The notes under the pieces are model-generated. The model was given only the letters and a program-made list of their open reading frames with translations. It made no database searches and had not been told where the DNA came from. Positions 31,410 to 42,892 of a stretch of 53,644 nt of DNA are shown here, in pieces. The DNA is from an uncultured bacterium (GTDB lineage Bacteria > JAGOEH01). The stretch is from assembly GCA_964632485.1 (NCBI GenBank), contig CAZWDO010000024.1, positions 1 to 53,644 of the forward strand, written 5' to 3'. Within the stretch, counting starts at the first letter, position 1; each line of letters opens with the position of its first letter. A program made the position numbers and the translations under genes.

Positions 31410-32057
31410 TTAGACTTCGCTGGGTTTTTTACCTTTTTCAATTACTTCAGGCTCATTTTCAGATGATTCGAGACCCGGGATTTCAGACTCGGTCATTCCT
31501 TTGGGCTTAGCAATACCTACAACAAAGGTTTTCCCTTCGGTCAGCACTTTGATACTGGAATCAACAGTCAGTTGATCCACATGGATCGACTGGCCCATTT
31601 GCAAGTGGCTGATATCGATGAGAATGCTTTGAGGAATGGATTGGGGCAAGGTCTCAATATTTAATTCGCGGATACCGTGTTCCAAATGCCCACCCATTTT
31701 AATTCCCATTGACTGACCGGTTATTTCAATGGGAACAAAGGTACTGATCGGTTCATCCAGGGAAATAAGATGGAGGTCCATGTGCATCACGTCGCCTCTA
31801 ACAGGGTGACGTTGAACTTCTTTGATAACGGTAAATTCTTTCCAGTCTTTTCCCTGGATACTCAATTCGATAATGGTCGATTCGTTAAGACCCTGTCGGA
31901 ACGCTTTTTTAAGAGCGTTTTGGTTTAAACTGACATAAGAGTTGGCCTGGGATTTGCCATAGATATTGACAGGGATAAGGCCTTCCCTTCGCGAGAGTTT
32001 CAGCTCGGATTTTGTTCCGAGTTCCCGCGTCGTTGCTTCGAGGGCAATCGAATGCAT
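31410..32057 (-). CDS. rplY: 50S ribosomal protein L25/Ctc
   Basis: RREGLIPVNIYG, VQRHPV..HMD and GIKMGG. Confidence 0.95.
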   Translation of the reverse strand: MHSIALEATTRELGTKSELKLSRREGLIPVNIYGKSQANSYVSLNQNALKKAFRQGLNESTIIELSIQGKDWKEFTVIKEVQRHPVRGDVMHMDLHLISLDEPISTFVPIEITGQSMGIKMGGHLEHGIRELNIETLPQSIPQSILIDISHLQMGQSIHVDQLTVDSSIKVLTEGKTFVVGIAKPKGMTESEIPGLESSENEPEVIEKGKKPSEV

Positions 32058-32135
32058 GACTTGCTCCTTTCTTTCAGAATGGGTTGTGTGTGGCGCAGAA
32101 GGTTCCCTTGGAATCCCTTCAAGCGCTCATACAGG

Positions 32136-32411
32136 TTATTCGCCGTTGAGGACGGGTACGCTTTGCAGACGGGTGTATTCATTCAAAACGGCATCTTCGA
32201 TCTTCTGTCTCATTTGACCGGTAATCGGATGAGCGATGTCCTGATGAGTCCCGTCTTTTCGAAGCCGATTCGGCATCGAAACAAAAAAACGGCTTTTTCC
32301 ACTAATAATTCGTAAATCACGAACTACAAACTCATTGTCAAATGTAACATTGGCAAAGGCTTTGAGTTTGTCCTCACCCATCAGGGTGAGACGGATTTCG
32401 GTGATTTCCAA
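32136..32411 (-). CDS. spoVG: SpoVG family protein
   Basis: MEITEIR...LKAFANVTFDNEFVV...FVSMP...DIAHPI. Confidence 0.93.
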   Translation of the reverse strand: MEITEIRLTLMGEDKLKAFANVTFDNEFVVRDLRIISGKSRFFVSMPNRLRKDGTHQDIAHPITGQMRQKIEDAVLNEYTRLQSVPVLNGE

Positions 32412-33352
32412 TCAACACCTCCATTTTGGATGTTAACGAAATGCTCCCATCCGCGATTTTGAATGGGTTTACACAAGATGCTTCTTACGTCCATTTTTAA
32501 CAATTGATCTGACAGAACCTCCATAGATCTCATTTTCTCCGGGCGAAAAAGGGCAAAAAGCGTTGAGCCGCTACCTGACATCAGTACCCCATCCGCGCCC
32601 GCTTTTCTTAGTTTTCCGGCGATCAATTCCAACTGAGGATAGTGTATCATCGCTACCCTCTCCAAATCATTTTCCAAAATTTCGATCAGATCGCTTAGCT
32701 TGATAATCCGTTCATAATCGGGTAAATTTAGAAGAGCTTCTATTTTAATAAAAAAATCTGATTTTGTCAATGGAAATTTATAGGCTTGATAAATTTCTGC
32801 TGTTTGAATGGAAAAATCAGGAAAAACAAGTAAAATTGAAAATTCTTCATAATCGATGGACAATGGGAACAGATTTTCCCCCCGGTCAGTCCCAATCGCG
32901 CTGGCGCCGCTAATAAAAAAAGGGACATCCATGCCGATTTTAAGCGCCATATCCTGAAGGTGTGTGTTTGTCAATTCCAACTCTAACAACTGATTTAAAC
33001 CCCAGAGAATAGCAGCGGCGTTCCCGCTACCGCCAGCTAAACCCGCTCCGGCGGGTATCCTTTTTTTTAGGGTAATATCAATGCCAATCGGCCGGCAGCA
33101 ATATTCCTCCATTAATTGACATGCTTTATAAATCGTATTGCCCGTATCAAACGGAAGATTAAATGGCGCATCCGTAAAAAAACGGGGTTTTCCATGCAGA
33201 TTCGGGTAAGTAAGGATAATTTCATCAAAAAACGCAACCGTTTGAAAAATCGTGTATAGAGAATGATACCCATCGGGTCTTTTATTCAAGACCTTTAATC
33301 CCAGATTGATCTTAGCCGGGCTTTGAATATTTAATTGGCGTTGCAAGGTCAT
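32381..33352 (-). CDS. ispE: 4-diphosphocytidyl-2-C-methyl-D-erythritol kinase
   Basis: [34 protein letters not shown] and MSGSGS. Confidence 0.95.
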   Translation of the reverse strand: MTLQRQLNIQSPAKINLGLKVLNKRPDGYHSLYTIFQTVAFFDEIILTYPNLHGKPRFFTDAPFNLPFDTGNTIYKACQLMEEYCCRPIGIDITLKKRIPAGAGLAGGSGNAAAILWGLNQLLELELTNTHLQDMALKIGMDVPFFISGASAIGTDRGENLFPLSIDYEEFSILLVFPDFSIQTAEIYQAYKFPLTKSDFFIKIEALLNLPDYERIIKLSDLIEILENDLERVAMIHYPQLELIAGKLRKAGADGVLMSGSGSTLFALFRPEKMRSMEVLSDQLLKMDVRSILCKPIQNRGWEHFVNIQNGGVDWKSPKSVSP

Positions 33353-34275
33353 TTAGCAGATTTAAACCATTCAATTGTTTGTCGTAATCCGTCTTCAATC
33401 GAAACCTTTGGCGACCATTTGAGGATGTTTTTTGCAGTTGATATATCTGGTTGCCGGACCTTTGGATCGTCATCAGGCAACGGGCGATAGACGATTTTGC
33501 TCTGGCTGCCGGTTTGTTGGATGATTTGTCGGGCGATTTCATTGATTGTCATTTCTTGCGGATTTCCGATGTTTACCGGATCGCAATGGTCGGATAGCAT
33601 CAAGCGTTCGAGACCATCCAGCAAATCGGTGATATAACCGAAGGAACGGGTCTGCGTACCATCGCCAAATACAGTTATATCTTCATTGCGCAAGGCTTGA
33701 TTGATAAAAGTGGGAACGGCGCGACCATCATCTTTCCGCATGCGAGGTCCAAATGTGTTAAAGATTCGCACAATGCGCGTCGATATCCCATGGTAACGGT
33801 GGTAGGCCATCGTCAGAGCTTCGGCAAACCGTTTGGCTTCGTCGTACACTCCCCGGGATCCTATTGGATTGACATTCCCCCAGTATGATTCCGGCTGTGG
33901 ATGAATAAGAGGGTCCCCATAGATTTCAGATGTGGAAGCCAAAAGAAAACCGGCGTGTTTCTCTTTAGCCAGTCCCAACGCTTTATGTGTTCCTAACGAT
34001 CCCACTTTCAAGGTTTGGATAGGCATTTTAAGATAATCGATGGGTGAAGCAGGTGACGCAAAATGCAGAATAAAATCGATTTGGCCTTCAATGTGGATAT
34101 AGTTGGTAACATCCTGTTTGATAAAAATGAAATTTTGATTGAAAAGGTGAGCGATATTTTGCAGTTTTCCGGTACAGAGATTGTCCATGATTATAACTTC
34201 ATGGTTACGATTCAATAAATACTCAGCGAGATGTGAGCCGATAAACCCCGCTCCTCCGGTAATCAATATTCGCAT
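33349..34275 (-). CDS. UDP-glucuronate decarboxylase (UDP-xylose synthase) family SDR
   Basis: [33 protein letters not shown] and DDGR. Confidence 0.92.
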   Translation of the reverse strand: MRILITGGAGFIGSHLAEYLLNRNHEVIIMDNLCTGKLQNIAHLFNQNFIFIKQDVTNYIHIEGQIDFILHFASPASPIDYLKMPIQTLKVGSLGTHKALGLAKEKHAGFLLASTSEIYGDPLIHPQPESYWGNVNPIGSRGVYDEAKRFAEALTMAYHRYHGISTRIVRIFNTFGPRMRKDDGRAVPTFINQALRNEDITVFGDGTQTRSFGYITDLLDGLERLMLSDHCDPVNIGNPQEMTINEIARQIIQQTGSQSKIVYRPLPDDDPKVRQPDISTAKNILKWSPKVSIEDGLRQTIEWFKSAK

Positions 34276-34421
34276 GCTGTATTCCTTTTTTTTAAATTTT
34301 AAAAAAGATGGATTAAATTGAAATACAATTTAATGAGAATCAATGAATCTTTTTTTTTAATTTATGTTTAATCCTGATCAATCTATTTTGGGTTTCCAGT
34401 TTTTAGTGGAACATCAAAGGC

Positions 34422-36337
34422 TTAGCAAGTTTCTTCATTATGGCTGAGCAGCCGTAAGGCGTTAGCTCTGATATCATTGTTATCATGCTCGGCAAGAAGC
34501 TCAATATAAGGAATCAGCTCAGGCGCCAAATGATCAAATAGTCCCTGCAACGCCCCTAAAATTGCAATATCATCTTCCCCGGCGAGTATTTCCCGGATAT
34601 GCGCAACTCCTTTGACATCATCAATCAGCAGTAGATTTTTAGCGGCAACATATCGCACCCACATGTTGGGATCGTGGAGAAGAGCGACAACGTGTTCAAG
34701 AGCCGCGCCATGGCGAAAGAGCGCCAGGGCTTGAATCGCGGCTTGCCGATTCTGATGGTCCTCATCATAGAGACACTGTATGATTATCGGCGCTGAAGTC
34801 CTTGAATTCATTCGTACTAACGACTCGATGGAAATTTTCCGTAATTCTTTTTGCGAGGAAACTAATGTCTCCTCCAGATAAGGAATCACTTCTTTTTCCC
34901 CGATCCAGCTTAGAGCTTTGATGGCAAATAAGCGTTTTTCCATTTCCGCATGGTTTAAAAAATGAACAAATCGTTGAATGATCTCACTGTTGCCGATTAG
35001 CACCAGGGAACCCATGGCAGCTTCCTGGACATCGATATAATTATCCTCAAGCAAATCAAACAGCTCGGGAACCAGGCTTACATAATGACCCCATCCAACT
35101 GCATTGGCGGCGGTGCGACGAACATGCCCTATTTCATCATGAATCAGTTCCTGCAATAAAGGCAGAAACAACGGATCACTTAATTTCCCCATTCCAAGCG
35201 CGATTTCTGTTCTTACAGTGTAATCCGCATGGCAATAAAATTTTTGGCAAAGTTGTTCAAATCCATCAACATAACCGGATGTTAGCACTCGAATCAATGC
35301 TGCAATCAAGGTGGAATCAATTTGGTTTTCATCTAATGAGTTACGGATAATCGGAAAACAAGTATCACGATGATGAAGTAAAATTGTTTCAACTTTTTGC
35401 TGTAGGTTTTCTTCCAGCAGTAAAGGCAGGAGGGGCTTCACTAAGGATTTATCGAGAATATTGTCTATTTCTTCCAGAGCATAGGTTTTTAGTTGGAAGT
35501 CATCCCCCTGAAGAACTGTCAATAATTGGTTTTTGACGGTTTGAATATCAATTTGACGTAAAAAGTTTTCATTATAGCGGTCGCCGATATGCTTCAACGC
35601 AAAGAATATCATTTCCTGAATCAGAGGGTAAGCATCGGGATAAAGTTGCAGCAAGGAGTCCACAATGCTTGGATCCCCAATATTTCCAATAGTATCGATC
35701 GCTGCAAAAAGGATCATTGGATCCGGATCGTTTAACAGGTTGCGGAAAAAATTCAATTCCTGGATACTGCCGATTTTCCCGACGGCGTTGATGGCGGCGA
35801 TCCGCAAGGCTGGCTCGTCGTGGTTGGAGATAATGGAAAGTAAGTGGGGGATTGATTCAGGAATGCGGAGGAGGATCAGACCTTCAATAACAGCATAGAC
35901 AATATTGGGATTAGGATCAAGGAGCAGCGAATAGAGATTTTTGTCTATGGAGGGATTTTTGAAAGTGTTCAGAGTTTCGATCACAAACAAGCGTGAATCA
36001 TCNNNNNNNNNNGATCCAGATAATCAATAAAACAAGGAATAAAATCAGCGCCGATCCGTTTTAAAATCGTAATGGCGCTGTTTCGAATAAAAAAATCCTT
36101 ATGCCTTAGATAAGGGAGCAGTTCGTTTACCGTATATTCAGTCGGATAGGAACTCAGGATATTAACAACCAGGTCATGAATGATCCTGGACGGGTCGGCC
36201 AGCGCTTGAACTAAACCACTGACCGCGCGCGGGTTGTCGATAAAATAGCTGAGTTCTTCGACTGTTTCTTCACGAATCTGCTCCTCATCAGCCTTCAGGT
36301 TTTCAAGAAGTTGGCTGATCGGATCCAAATCATCCAT
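34422..36337 (-). CDS. HEAT-repeat protein, probably one gene interrupted by the N gap at 36003-36012
   Basis: Repeated L.D....VR..A..ALG units on both sides of the gap. Confidence 0.8.
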
Positions 36338-36340
36338 AAA

Positions 36341-36682
36341 TCAATTCCTGGAAAAAGATTCGATAGCGGTTGTTTCATCATCGAATACATCGAATACTTT
36401 GGTCAATTGAGTGACTTCGAAAACTTCTTTGACATACGATTGAAGATTGCATAATACGATGCGGCCTTCAGATTTTTTAACTTTTTTCAGGATCGAGACC
36501 AGTATGACTAAGCCGGGACTGCTCACAAAATCGATATGGGCAAAATTCATGAGAACTTTTTTGCCTTGAGATGATAAAATTTCATCGATATTTTTGTTAA
36601 TAGCATCCGAAGCGTTTATGTCCATTCGACCGGCAAGGTCCAGAACATAAATATCGTTTTTCTGTCGTAATTTAACGTCCAT
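36341..36682 (-). CDS. STAS-domain anti-sigma factor antagonist
   Basis: GRMD, FVSSPGL and VKEVFEVTQL; AAGGAGG ribosome-binding site before ATG 36682. Confidence 0.9.
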   Translation of the reverse strand: MDVKLRQKNDIYVLDLAGRMDINASDAINKNIDEILSSQGKKVLMNFAHIDFVSSPGLVILVSILKKVKKSEGRIVLCNLQSYVKEVFEVTQLTKVFDVFDDETTAIESFSRN

Positions 36683-36698
36683 GAAAATCCTCCTTGGA

Positions 36699-37028
36699 TT
36701 ATGTTTCAAAATCGATTCGAATAATTTCTCCACAACGACAATACACGAGAATATACTCAATAGCTTCGCCCTGCCGGATCGCTTCTATTCGGGGAAGTGG
36801 CAGGGAGCTTTGGGTCTGGTTCTTTACTTGTTGGCTGATGACGCGTTCTTTAATAGAAGCGGGAAGGGCCGAAGGGATTTTCGCTGGTATGATCTCCTTC
36901 TCGCTTTGCCGTAGCACATCCACGATATCCGCTTTGATCACCCGACCTGATTTTAATTTGATTCTTTCTTTGTCTACAGGGGGGTTGTCAAGAATTTCTG
37001 TCAGCAATTCAAAATCTTTTGGATTCAT
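36699..37028 (-). CDS. Hypothetical protein with C-terminal CxCG motif
   Basis: ORF ending YCRCGEIIRIDFET; AGG upstream of ATG 37028. Confidence 0.6.
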   Translation of the reverse strand: MNPKDFELLTEILDNPPVDKERIKLKSGRVIKADIVDVLRQSEKEIIPAKIPSALPASIKERVISQQVKNQTQSSLPLPRIEAIRQGEAIEYILVYCRCGEIIRIDFET

Positions 37029-37095
37029 TAACACCTGCTTTACCCTTAATTTAATCGAATAAATCTTCCATGTCAAGTAATAATTTTAAAAAAAA

Positions 37096-38046
37096 TTAAC
37101 CGTCCGATAAATTTTGTAAAAATTTTGCTGAAATCGGTTGATTTTGGGCTTCCAGACAGGCAAGTATCATTCCAATTTCCGGGTTGTAGGCTTTTTTTCC
37201 CAGTACGATATAGTTTGACGAGTCTGTGAATTGAGTTTCCAGGTTGGCCCTCATTAATGGATTATTGAAAAGACTCCCAATAGGGTAAAGGATATGAGTA
37301 CTGAAATTCATTTGCTTAAAGACAGCGATAATTTGCCGGGCGAAATCGGCATTGGATGAATCGATAATTTGCCGTGCATCTTCGTTTCCCTTTTCTAATA
37401 AAGAAAAAACCAGAGCGCAACAGGAACTGATCATTCCTTTCGGATCGGGGTTTTGGTAAACTTTTGACACAATTTGCGGTAAATTTTCAACTTCATAAAA
37501 AAGGCATAACTCCCGATAGAGTTCTGGCGCTTCGCATAACCCGTCATGGTGCGCCAATCCTTTATGTAAGGCTAAGGAACCGATATAATATCCGCTTCCC
37601 TCGTCACCCAGTAAATATCCATATCCGCCGGCGCGGTATTCTTTTTGGTGATAGATACCATAAACAATCGAGCCGGTTCCGGAAATGGCGATAACTCCGC
37701 CTTTTCCGGCGGAAGCTCCCATGGCTGCTGCAAAGGCATCGTGATGCACGATAATGCTGGCTGAATAGGCGTTGTTTTTTTCCAGCCAGGAATCTTTAAT
37801 TCGTTGCTGGTCCTCAGCCCGCCCCGCTCCGGAAAGCCCGAAACCAATCCCGGCAAGCTCATCCGCCGGGATACTCTGCATGAGATGGGTGACTAACACT
37901 GATAGATTTTCAATAGTTTTATGGATTCCGATATTATTGATATTGGAGGGACCTCCCGAAGCATGGGCCTGAATTTGTCCCTTGTCATTCACTAAAACTC
38001 CTTTGGAACTGGTTCCTCCTCCATCGATTCCAATATAGTAATTCAT
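37096..38046 (-). CDS. BadF/BadG/BcrA/BcrD-family sugar kinase (N-acetylglucosamine/MurNAc kinase-like)
   Basis: GIDGGGT, ISGTGS and GGYGYLLGDEGSG. Confidence 0.88.
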   Translation of the reverse strand: MNYYIGIDGGGTSSKGVLVNDKGQIQAHASGGPSNINNIGIHKTIENLSVLVTHLMQSIPADELAGIGFGLSGAGRAEDQQRIKDSWLEKNNAYSASIIVHHDAFAAAMGASAGKGGVIAISGTGSIVYGIYHQKEYRAGGYGYLLGDEGSGYYIGSLALHKGLAHHDGLCEAPELYRELCLFYEVENLPQIVSKVYQNPDPKGMISSCCALVFSLLEKGNEDARQIIDSSNADFARQIIAVFKQMNFSTHILYPIGSLFNNPLMRANLETQFTDSSNYIVLGKKAYNPEIGMILACLEAQNQPISAKFLQNLSDG

Positions 38047-38090
38047 GTAATTCCTTTCATTGTTAATTAGCGGTTATCTAATTTATAGTG

Positions 38091-38906
38091 TTAATGGTTT
38101 GAAGTGGACTCGCACCCGAACCACCAAATCAAATCCTTGTTTGCTTCAACTTTATCTTCAATTGAGTCCGGCAGTTGATGAAAAAAGTCAAAACCTGTTA
38201 CTTTTTCCACGCTATCAACAGTGACCGCATAAGTCATGAGCGGATTGTCGCCGGCATCTTGAGAGATAATGAAACCAATCGCTTTCGCCTCCTGTCCAGA
38301 ATGATAATCGAGAAGTACTTTATAGAAAAAATGGGGGACACTGATTTTATTATTGCCAATCGTTGGCAGGCCATCTTCTAAAATACCGCCTACGACAATA
38401 TAAATCGAATCAAAGCGGGTAGCCCATTCACGGGTCATGTTTTCAAGCTTTTTCCAAATTCCACGGTTGAATGTAGGTTTTTGCGGCGAGATATTGGTTA
38501 AATAAAAGGATTCATCCATTAGCTTTTGCGACCACGAAAAATCAGCCGCAGATGCCAGATGACCCCGATCATATCCTGTGCGCTGATAATCATCCGTTCG
38601 AGTGGAATTTATTTTTAGCTGTGGATCAGGAATAAACCGGTTGCTTCGTCGGGTTTTTATATCAGCGCCGATCTGAGTTTTTTTTAAAATGTATGCCACC
38701 CAGCCGGCTTGTTTGTGTTTCCTGTTATAGGATAAGATGTATCCTTCATGACGAATAATATCATCACCGGGAAAAATCAGAGGGAGACCCGGCGCGTCAA
38801 GGTTTTTCTCCGGAATGATCTCCCCGGGGCGTTGATTTCTTATTCCGATGCATCCTGTATGGATCACCAGAAAAAGCATAATCAGTCTCTTAAAAGTATT
38901 CAGCAT
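38091..38906 (-). CDS. DNA/RNA non-specific endonuclease, probable lipoprotein
   Basis: GYDRGHLA, NISPQ..FNRGIWKKLE and a lipobox-like TGC. Confidence 0.92.
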   Translation of the reverse strand: MLNTFKRLIMLFLVIHTGCIGIRNQRPGEIIPEKNLDAPGLPLIFPGDDIIRHEGYILSYNRKHKQAGWVAYILKKTQIGADIKTRRSNRFIPDPQLKINSTRTDDYQRTGYDRGHLASAADFSWSQKLMDESFYLTNISPQKPTFNRGIWKKLENMTREWATRFDSIYIVVGGILEDGLPTIGNNKISVPHFFYKVLLDYHSGQEAKAIGFIISQDAGDNPLMTYAVTVDSVEKVTGFDFFHQLPDSIEDKVEANKDLIWWFGCESTSNH

Positions 38907-39090
38907 ACGACTCCTTCGCTTAATATTAATATTTAATAAAAAAAAGGTCGTACCGCAAGATTTTTTTTACACTTGCAATTTTTATTTTTTGTTTTAAATT
39001 AAAACCATTGGCTATTTTCATTTGTACAATTTATATCAGTAGTATAAATTGTCGATTTAAAAAATTTCTAACTGTTTTATGGAGGCTATT

Positions 39091-40521
39091 ATGAAATTTT
39101 GTCGAACGAAAATATTGGCAACGTTGGGGCCGGCTTCGAATAGCCCCGAAAATATTGAAAAACTTTACGATGCCGGGATAGACGCAGTTCGTCTCAATTG
39201 TTCCCATGCGACTCCCGGTCAATTAAAGGAATTAATTGCCATAATCAGGGATATCGCCCGGCGGAAAAAAGTATCCTTGCCCATTCTGTTGGATTTGCAG
39301 GGACCCAAAATTCGCACCGGTATCTGTCCTGAAGGAGTTAATTCGATTTTTTATGCCGACGGTTCAACGGTGGAAATTACTAAAGGACTCTATTTGTCGG
39401 AAACAGAAATATCTGTACAACCCGCATCATTAGTGGACGAATTGGTAGTTGGGGATATCATTCGCATCAAGGACGGTCTGATCCAGGTAAAAGTGGAATC
39501 AATAATAGAAACCCACGTCTATGCGCAGGTGATCGATGGCGGTGATTTACCTGGGAAACAAGGTGTCATTGTACCCGGAAAAGGTCATTCTATCCCTTCA
39601 TTGACTCAAAAGGATCGTACATTTATTGATCTTGCTGTAGCCGAATCGATTGATTTTATTAGTCTTTCGTTCGTCCGTAAAGTGGAAGATGTTACGCAGT
39701 TAAAACAGGAATTGCTCAATCGGGGAGCTCGTATTCCTATTATTGCTAAAATTGAGACAACAGAGGCCGTTGAGGAAATTATAGATATTTTGACAGAAGC
39801 CGATGGGATTATGGTGGCGCGAGGGGACCTGGCAGTTGAAATCAGTTTTGAGCGTTTGCCCTGGGTTCAAAAACGTTTGATATCAGAAGCAAATCGCGCC
39901 GGGAAGCTGGTTATTGTGGCAACGCAAATGTTGGAAAGCATGATTAAAAACCCCCAGCCAACACGCGCAGAAGTGATGGATGTCGCCAATGCTGTCTTTG
40001 ACGGCGCTGACCTTGTAATGCTATCCGGAGAAACGGCAATGGGCGATTATCCTGCTCGAGCGGTGCGCGTTATGGAGCAAATCAGCTCAGAATCGGAAAA
40101 TGTTCACGATCTAATGCATATTACCAGCTTAGTCCCGCAAAACCAAACTCAAGCGCTTGCCGATGCCGCTGTGCAGGTTTCCCGCCACCTCTCTTGCGCG
40201 GCGATTGCCGTGTTGACTGAATCCGGCAGTACTGCCTGGTGGATTGCCAAACTTAAACCCGATGTCCCGATTTTCGCCTTTACCTTAAATCCTGCAATTT
40301 ATAACCGTTTGAATATGGGGTGGGGTATTATTCCGCAACTTATTTCAACTACCCATCATCAACCGGGTGAACATCCGCTGGCATTTTGGGAAGAAACCAT
40401 TCAAAAAGCTCTTTTATCCTATGATATCCGGCATCCATCCACCATTTGCCTGGTAGGTGGAACGCCTTTAGGTATCGGCCAAACGACAAATTTTATTAAA
40501 ATTATTGAATTAACAGAATGA
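39091..40521 (+). CDS. pyk: Pyruvate kinase
   Basis: TKILATLGPAS, DLQGPKIR, AKIE, MVARGDL, ATQMLESM and MLSGETA. Confidence 0.96.
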   Translation: MKFCRTKILATLGPASNSPENIEKLYDAGIDAVRLNCSHATPGQLKELIAIIRDIARRKKVSLPILLDLQGPKIRTGICPEGVNSIFYADGSTVEITKGLYLSETEISVQPASLVDELVVGDIIRIKDGLIQVKVESIIETHVYAQVIDGGDLPGKQGVIVPGKGHSIPSLTQKDRTFIDLAVAESIDFISLSFVRKVEDVTQLKQELLNRGARIPIIAKIETTEAVEEIIDILTEADGIMVARGDLAVEISFERLPWVQKRLISEANRAGKLVIVATQMLESMIKNPQPTRAEVMDVANAVFDGADLVMLSGETAMGDYPARAVRVMEQISSESENVHDLMHITSLVPQNQTQALADAAVQVSRHLSCAAIAVLTESGSTAWWIAKLKPDVPIFAFTLNPAIYNRLNMGWGIIPQLISTTHHQPGEHPLAFWEETIQKALLSYDIRHPSTICLVGGTPLGIGQTTNFIKIIELTE

Positions 40522-40787
40522 ATGGATGCGACGGACCGTAATTTAAAAACGTAGAGTGGCCCTATAATTTCGGGAGTGGCCCTTGTGTTCTGAAAAATAG
40601 GCCATAAAAAAATAAAGGGAACAGAATCGCTCCCGGAGATGTTTTTTCATTACCGGATAATGCCCGTTTGTACATTTTTAGTCAAAATGGCATTATCTAT
40701 ATGAATTTTGCCTTTCTGACATTAAAACGCATAAATTGTCAATATTCATAACTTCTTGTCTTTTAGATTGTTGCAGGCTCTTTTGGC

Positions 40788-40804
40788 TTGGCATATTTCA
40801 TGCT
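40788..40804 (+). promoter_or_regulatory. Putative sigma54 (-24/-12) promoter of dnaK
   Basis: TTGGCATATTTCATGCT, i.e. GG-N10-GC. Confidence 0.6.
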
Positions 40805-40873
40805 ATACTTTAAGAGTGTTAGTTTTTATGTTTTGCAACATTTAACCTCAGAAATGACAAGGAGGCTCAATAT

Positions 40874-42799
40874 ATGAGTAAGATTATCGGAATCGATTTA
40901 GGAACGACGAACTCATGTGTCGCTGTAATGGAAGGTGGTGAACCTGTAGTTATAGCCAACAGTGAAGGGGGTCGTACAACGCCATCGGTAGTAGCGTTCA
41001 CAAAGTCTGGCGAACGATTAGTGGGACAGGCGGCGAAGCGTCAATCCATAACGAATCCCCAAAATACGGTATATTCAATTAAACGCTTTATGGGACGACG
41101 TTATAGCGAAGTCTCTTCCGAGATGAAGATAATTCCATACAAAGTCATCAGTGGCGCCAACGATCAGGCGATGGTGGATATCAGTGGGAAAAACTATTCG
41201 CCGCCGGAGATTTCGGCGATGGTTTTGCAGAAAATGAAACAAACCGCTGAAGATCATTTAGGGCAGAAAGTCACGCAAGCAGTCATTACAGTACCGGCCT
41301 ATTTTAATGATGCCCAACGTCAGGCGACTAAAGATGCGGGGAAAATTGCCGGTTTGGAAGTGTTACGCATTATCAATGAGCCTACGGCTGCTGCCTTAGC
41401 CTACGGTTTGGATAAAAAAAGAGATGAAAAAATTGCTGTTTACGATTTGGGTGGCGGCACATTTGACGTATCGATTCTTGAGATTGGCGACAATGTGGTT
41501 GAAGTTCTTTCCACCAATGGAGATACGCATCTGGGTGGCGATGATTTTGACAAGCGGATTATGGATTGGTTGGCGGATGAGTTTCAGAAGATGGAGGGAA
41601 TTGATCTGCGTAAGGATCCTATGGCCTTACAACGCTTGAAGGAATCGGCTGAAAAGGCGAAGATCGAACTGAGCGGTTCGATGCAGACGGATATCAATCT
41701 ACCGTTTGTTACGGCCGACAGCAATGGGCCGAAACATTTGAACGTGACATTGACGCGATCGAAATTTGAACAATTGATTGATGATTTGTTGCAGCGTACG
41801 CTGGAGCCTTGCCGAATGGCTATGCGCGACGCCAAGTTGAACTCCGGCGATATTAATGAAGTTGTTCTGGTAGGGGGTTCCACTCGTATCCCCAAGGTAC
41901 AGGAGATGGTCCGCAAATTTTTTGATAGAGAACCTCATCGCGGCGTGAATCCGGACGAAGTGGTCGCTATTGGCGCTGCTGTACAGGGTGGCGTTCTGGC
42001 CGGCGAAGTCAAGGATATTCTACTGCTGGATGTTACTCCGTTGTCCCTCGGTATTGAAACCTTAGGTTCTGTATTTACAAAATTAATCGAGCGAAATACC
42101 ACCATACCTACCAAAAAAACCGAAGTATTTTCAACGGCTTCGGATAATCAGACCTCAGTGGAAATCCATGTATTACAGGGCGAGCGTCCGATGGCTCGTG
42201 ATAACCGCACCTTGGGCAAGTTCATCCTGGACGGAATTCCACCCGCGCCGCGCGGAATTCCCCAAGTCGAAGTAACTTTCGATATTGATGCCAACGGTAT
42301 TCTGCACGTTTCCGCTAAAGATAAGGCCACTAATAAGGAGCAAAGCATTCGCATCGAAGCCTCATCCGGGATTAATGATTCCGATATTGACCGCATGGTG
42401 CGAGAAGCCAAAGAGCATGAAGCCGAAGACTCAAAACGCAAGGAATTGATTGAGACTCATAATCGGGCTGATCAACTGGTTTATGAGACTGAAAAGAATC
42501 TCCGTGAAATGGGAGATAAAATCAACGGCGACGATAAAAATAAACTGGAAAATGCGATTAATCGCCTGAAGGATGTTAATAAAAGTGATAATGTCGATGA
42601 GATTAAACAGGCCTTGGATCAAGTAACCCAGACCTGGCATACAATCGCTTCACAAATTTATCAACAAACGGGTGGAGCAGGGGGGGGAGCTGGAGCTCCG
42701 CCTAATGCCGGCAACGACGCCGGGCCTCAACCCAAGCAGGAAGCTCCTAAAGCCGATAAAGATGGAGCGGTTGATGCAGATTATGAAGTTGTAGAATAG
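40874..42799 (+). CDS. dnaK: Chaperone DnaK (Hsp70)
   Basis: [25 protein letters not shown] and DVTPLSLG. Confidence 0.99.
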   Translation: MSKIIGIDLGTTNSCVAVMEGGEPVVIANSEGGRTTPSVVAFTKSGERLVGQAAKRQSITNPQNTVYSIKRFMGRRYSEVSSEMKIIPYKVISGANDQAMVDISGKNYSPPEISAMVLQKMKQTAEDHLGQKVTQAVITVPAYFNDAQRQATKDAGKIAGLEVLRIINEPTAAALAYGLDKKRDEKIAVYDLGGGTFDVSILEIGDNVVEVLSTNGDTHLGGDDFDKRIMDWLADEFQKMEGIDLRKDPMALQRLKESAEKAKIELSGSMQTDINLPFVTADSNGPKHLNVTLTRSKFEQLIDDLLQRTLEPCRMAMRDAKLNSGDINEVVLVGGSTRIPKVQEMVRKFFDREPHRGVNPDEVVAIGAAVQGGVLAGEVKDILLLDVTPLSLGIETLGSVFTKLIERNTTIPTKKTEVFSTASDNQTSVEIHVLQGERPMARDNRTLGKFILDGIPPAPRGIPQVEVTFDIDANGILHVSAKDKATNKEQSIRIEASSGINDSDIDRMVREAKEHEAEDSKRKELIETHNRADQLVYETEKNLREMGDKINGDDKNKLENAINRLKDVNKSDNVDEIKQALDQVTQTWHTIASQIYQQTGGAGGGAGAPPNAGNDAGPQPKQEAPKADKDGAVDADYEVVE

Positions 42800-42808
42800 A
42801 CTTTCATC

Positions 42809-42840
42809 ATGCGGAAGGGGGGTATCCCTTCCGCATTTTT
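42809..42840 (+). terminator. Intrinsic terminator after dnaK
   Basis: ATGCGGAAGGG-loop-CCCTTCCGCAT followed by a T run. Confidence 0.8.
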
Positions 42841-42892
42841 ACGTTAATAATTTTTTGGTTTTTTTATTTTTTATAGGATGAAAGGATGAGTT

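Noticed and set aside
35981-36012. Apparent two HEAT-repeat genes
   Set aside because: The break is at an N gap; most likely one gene.
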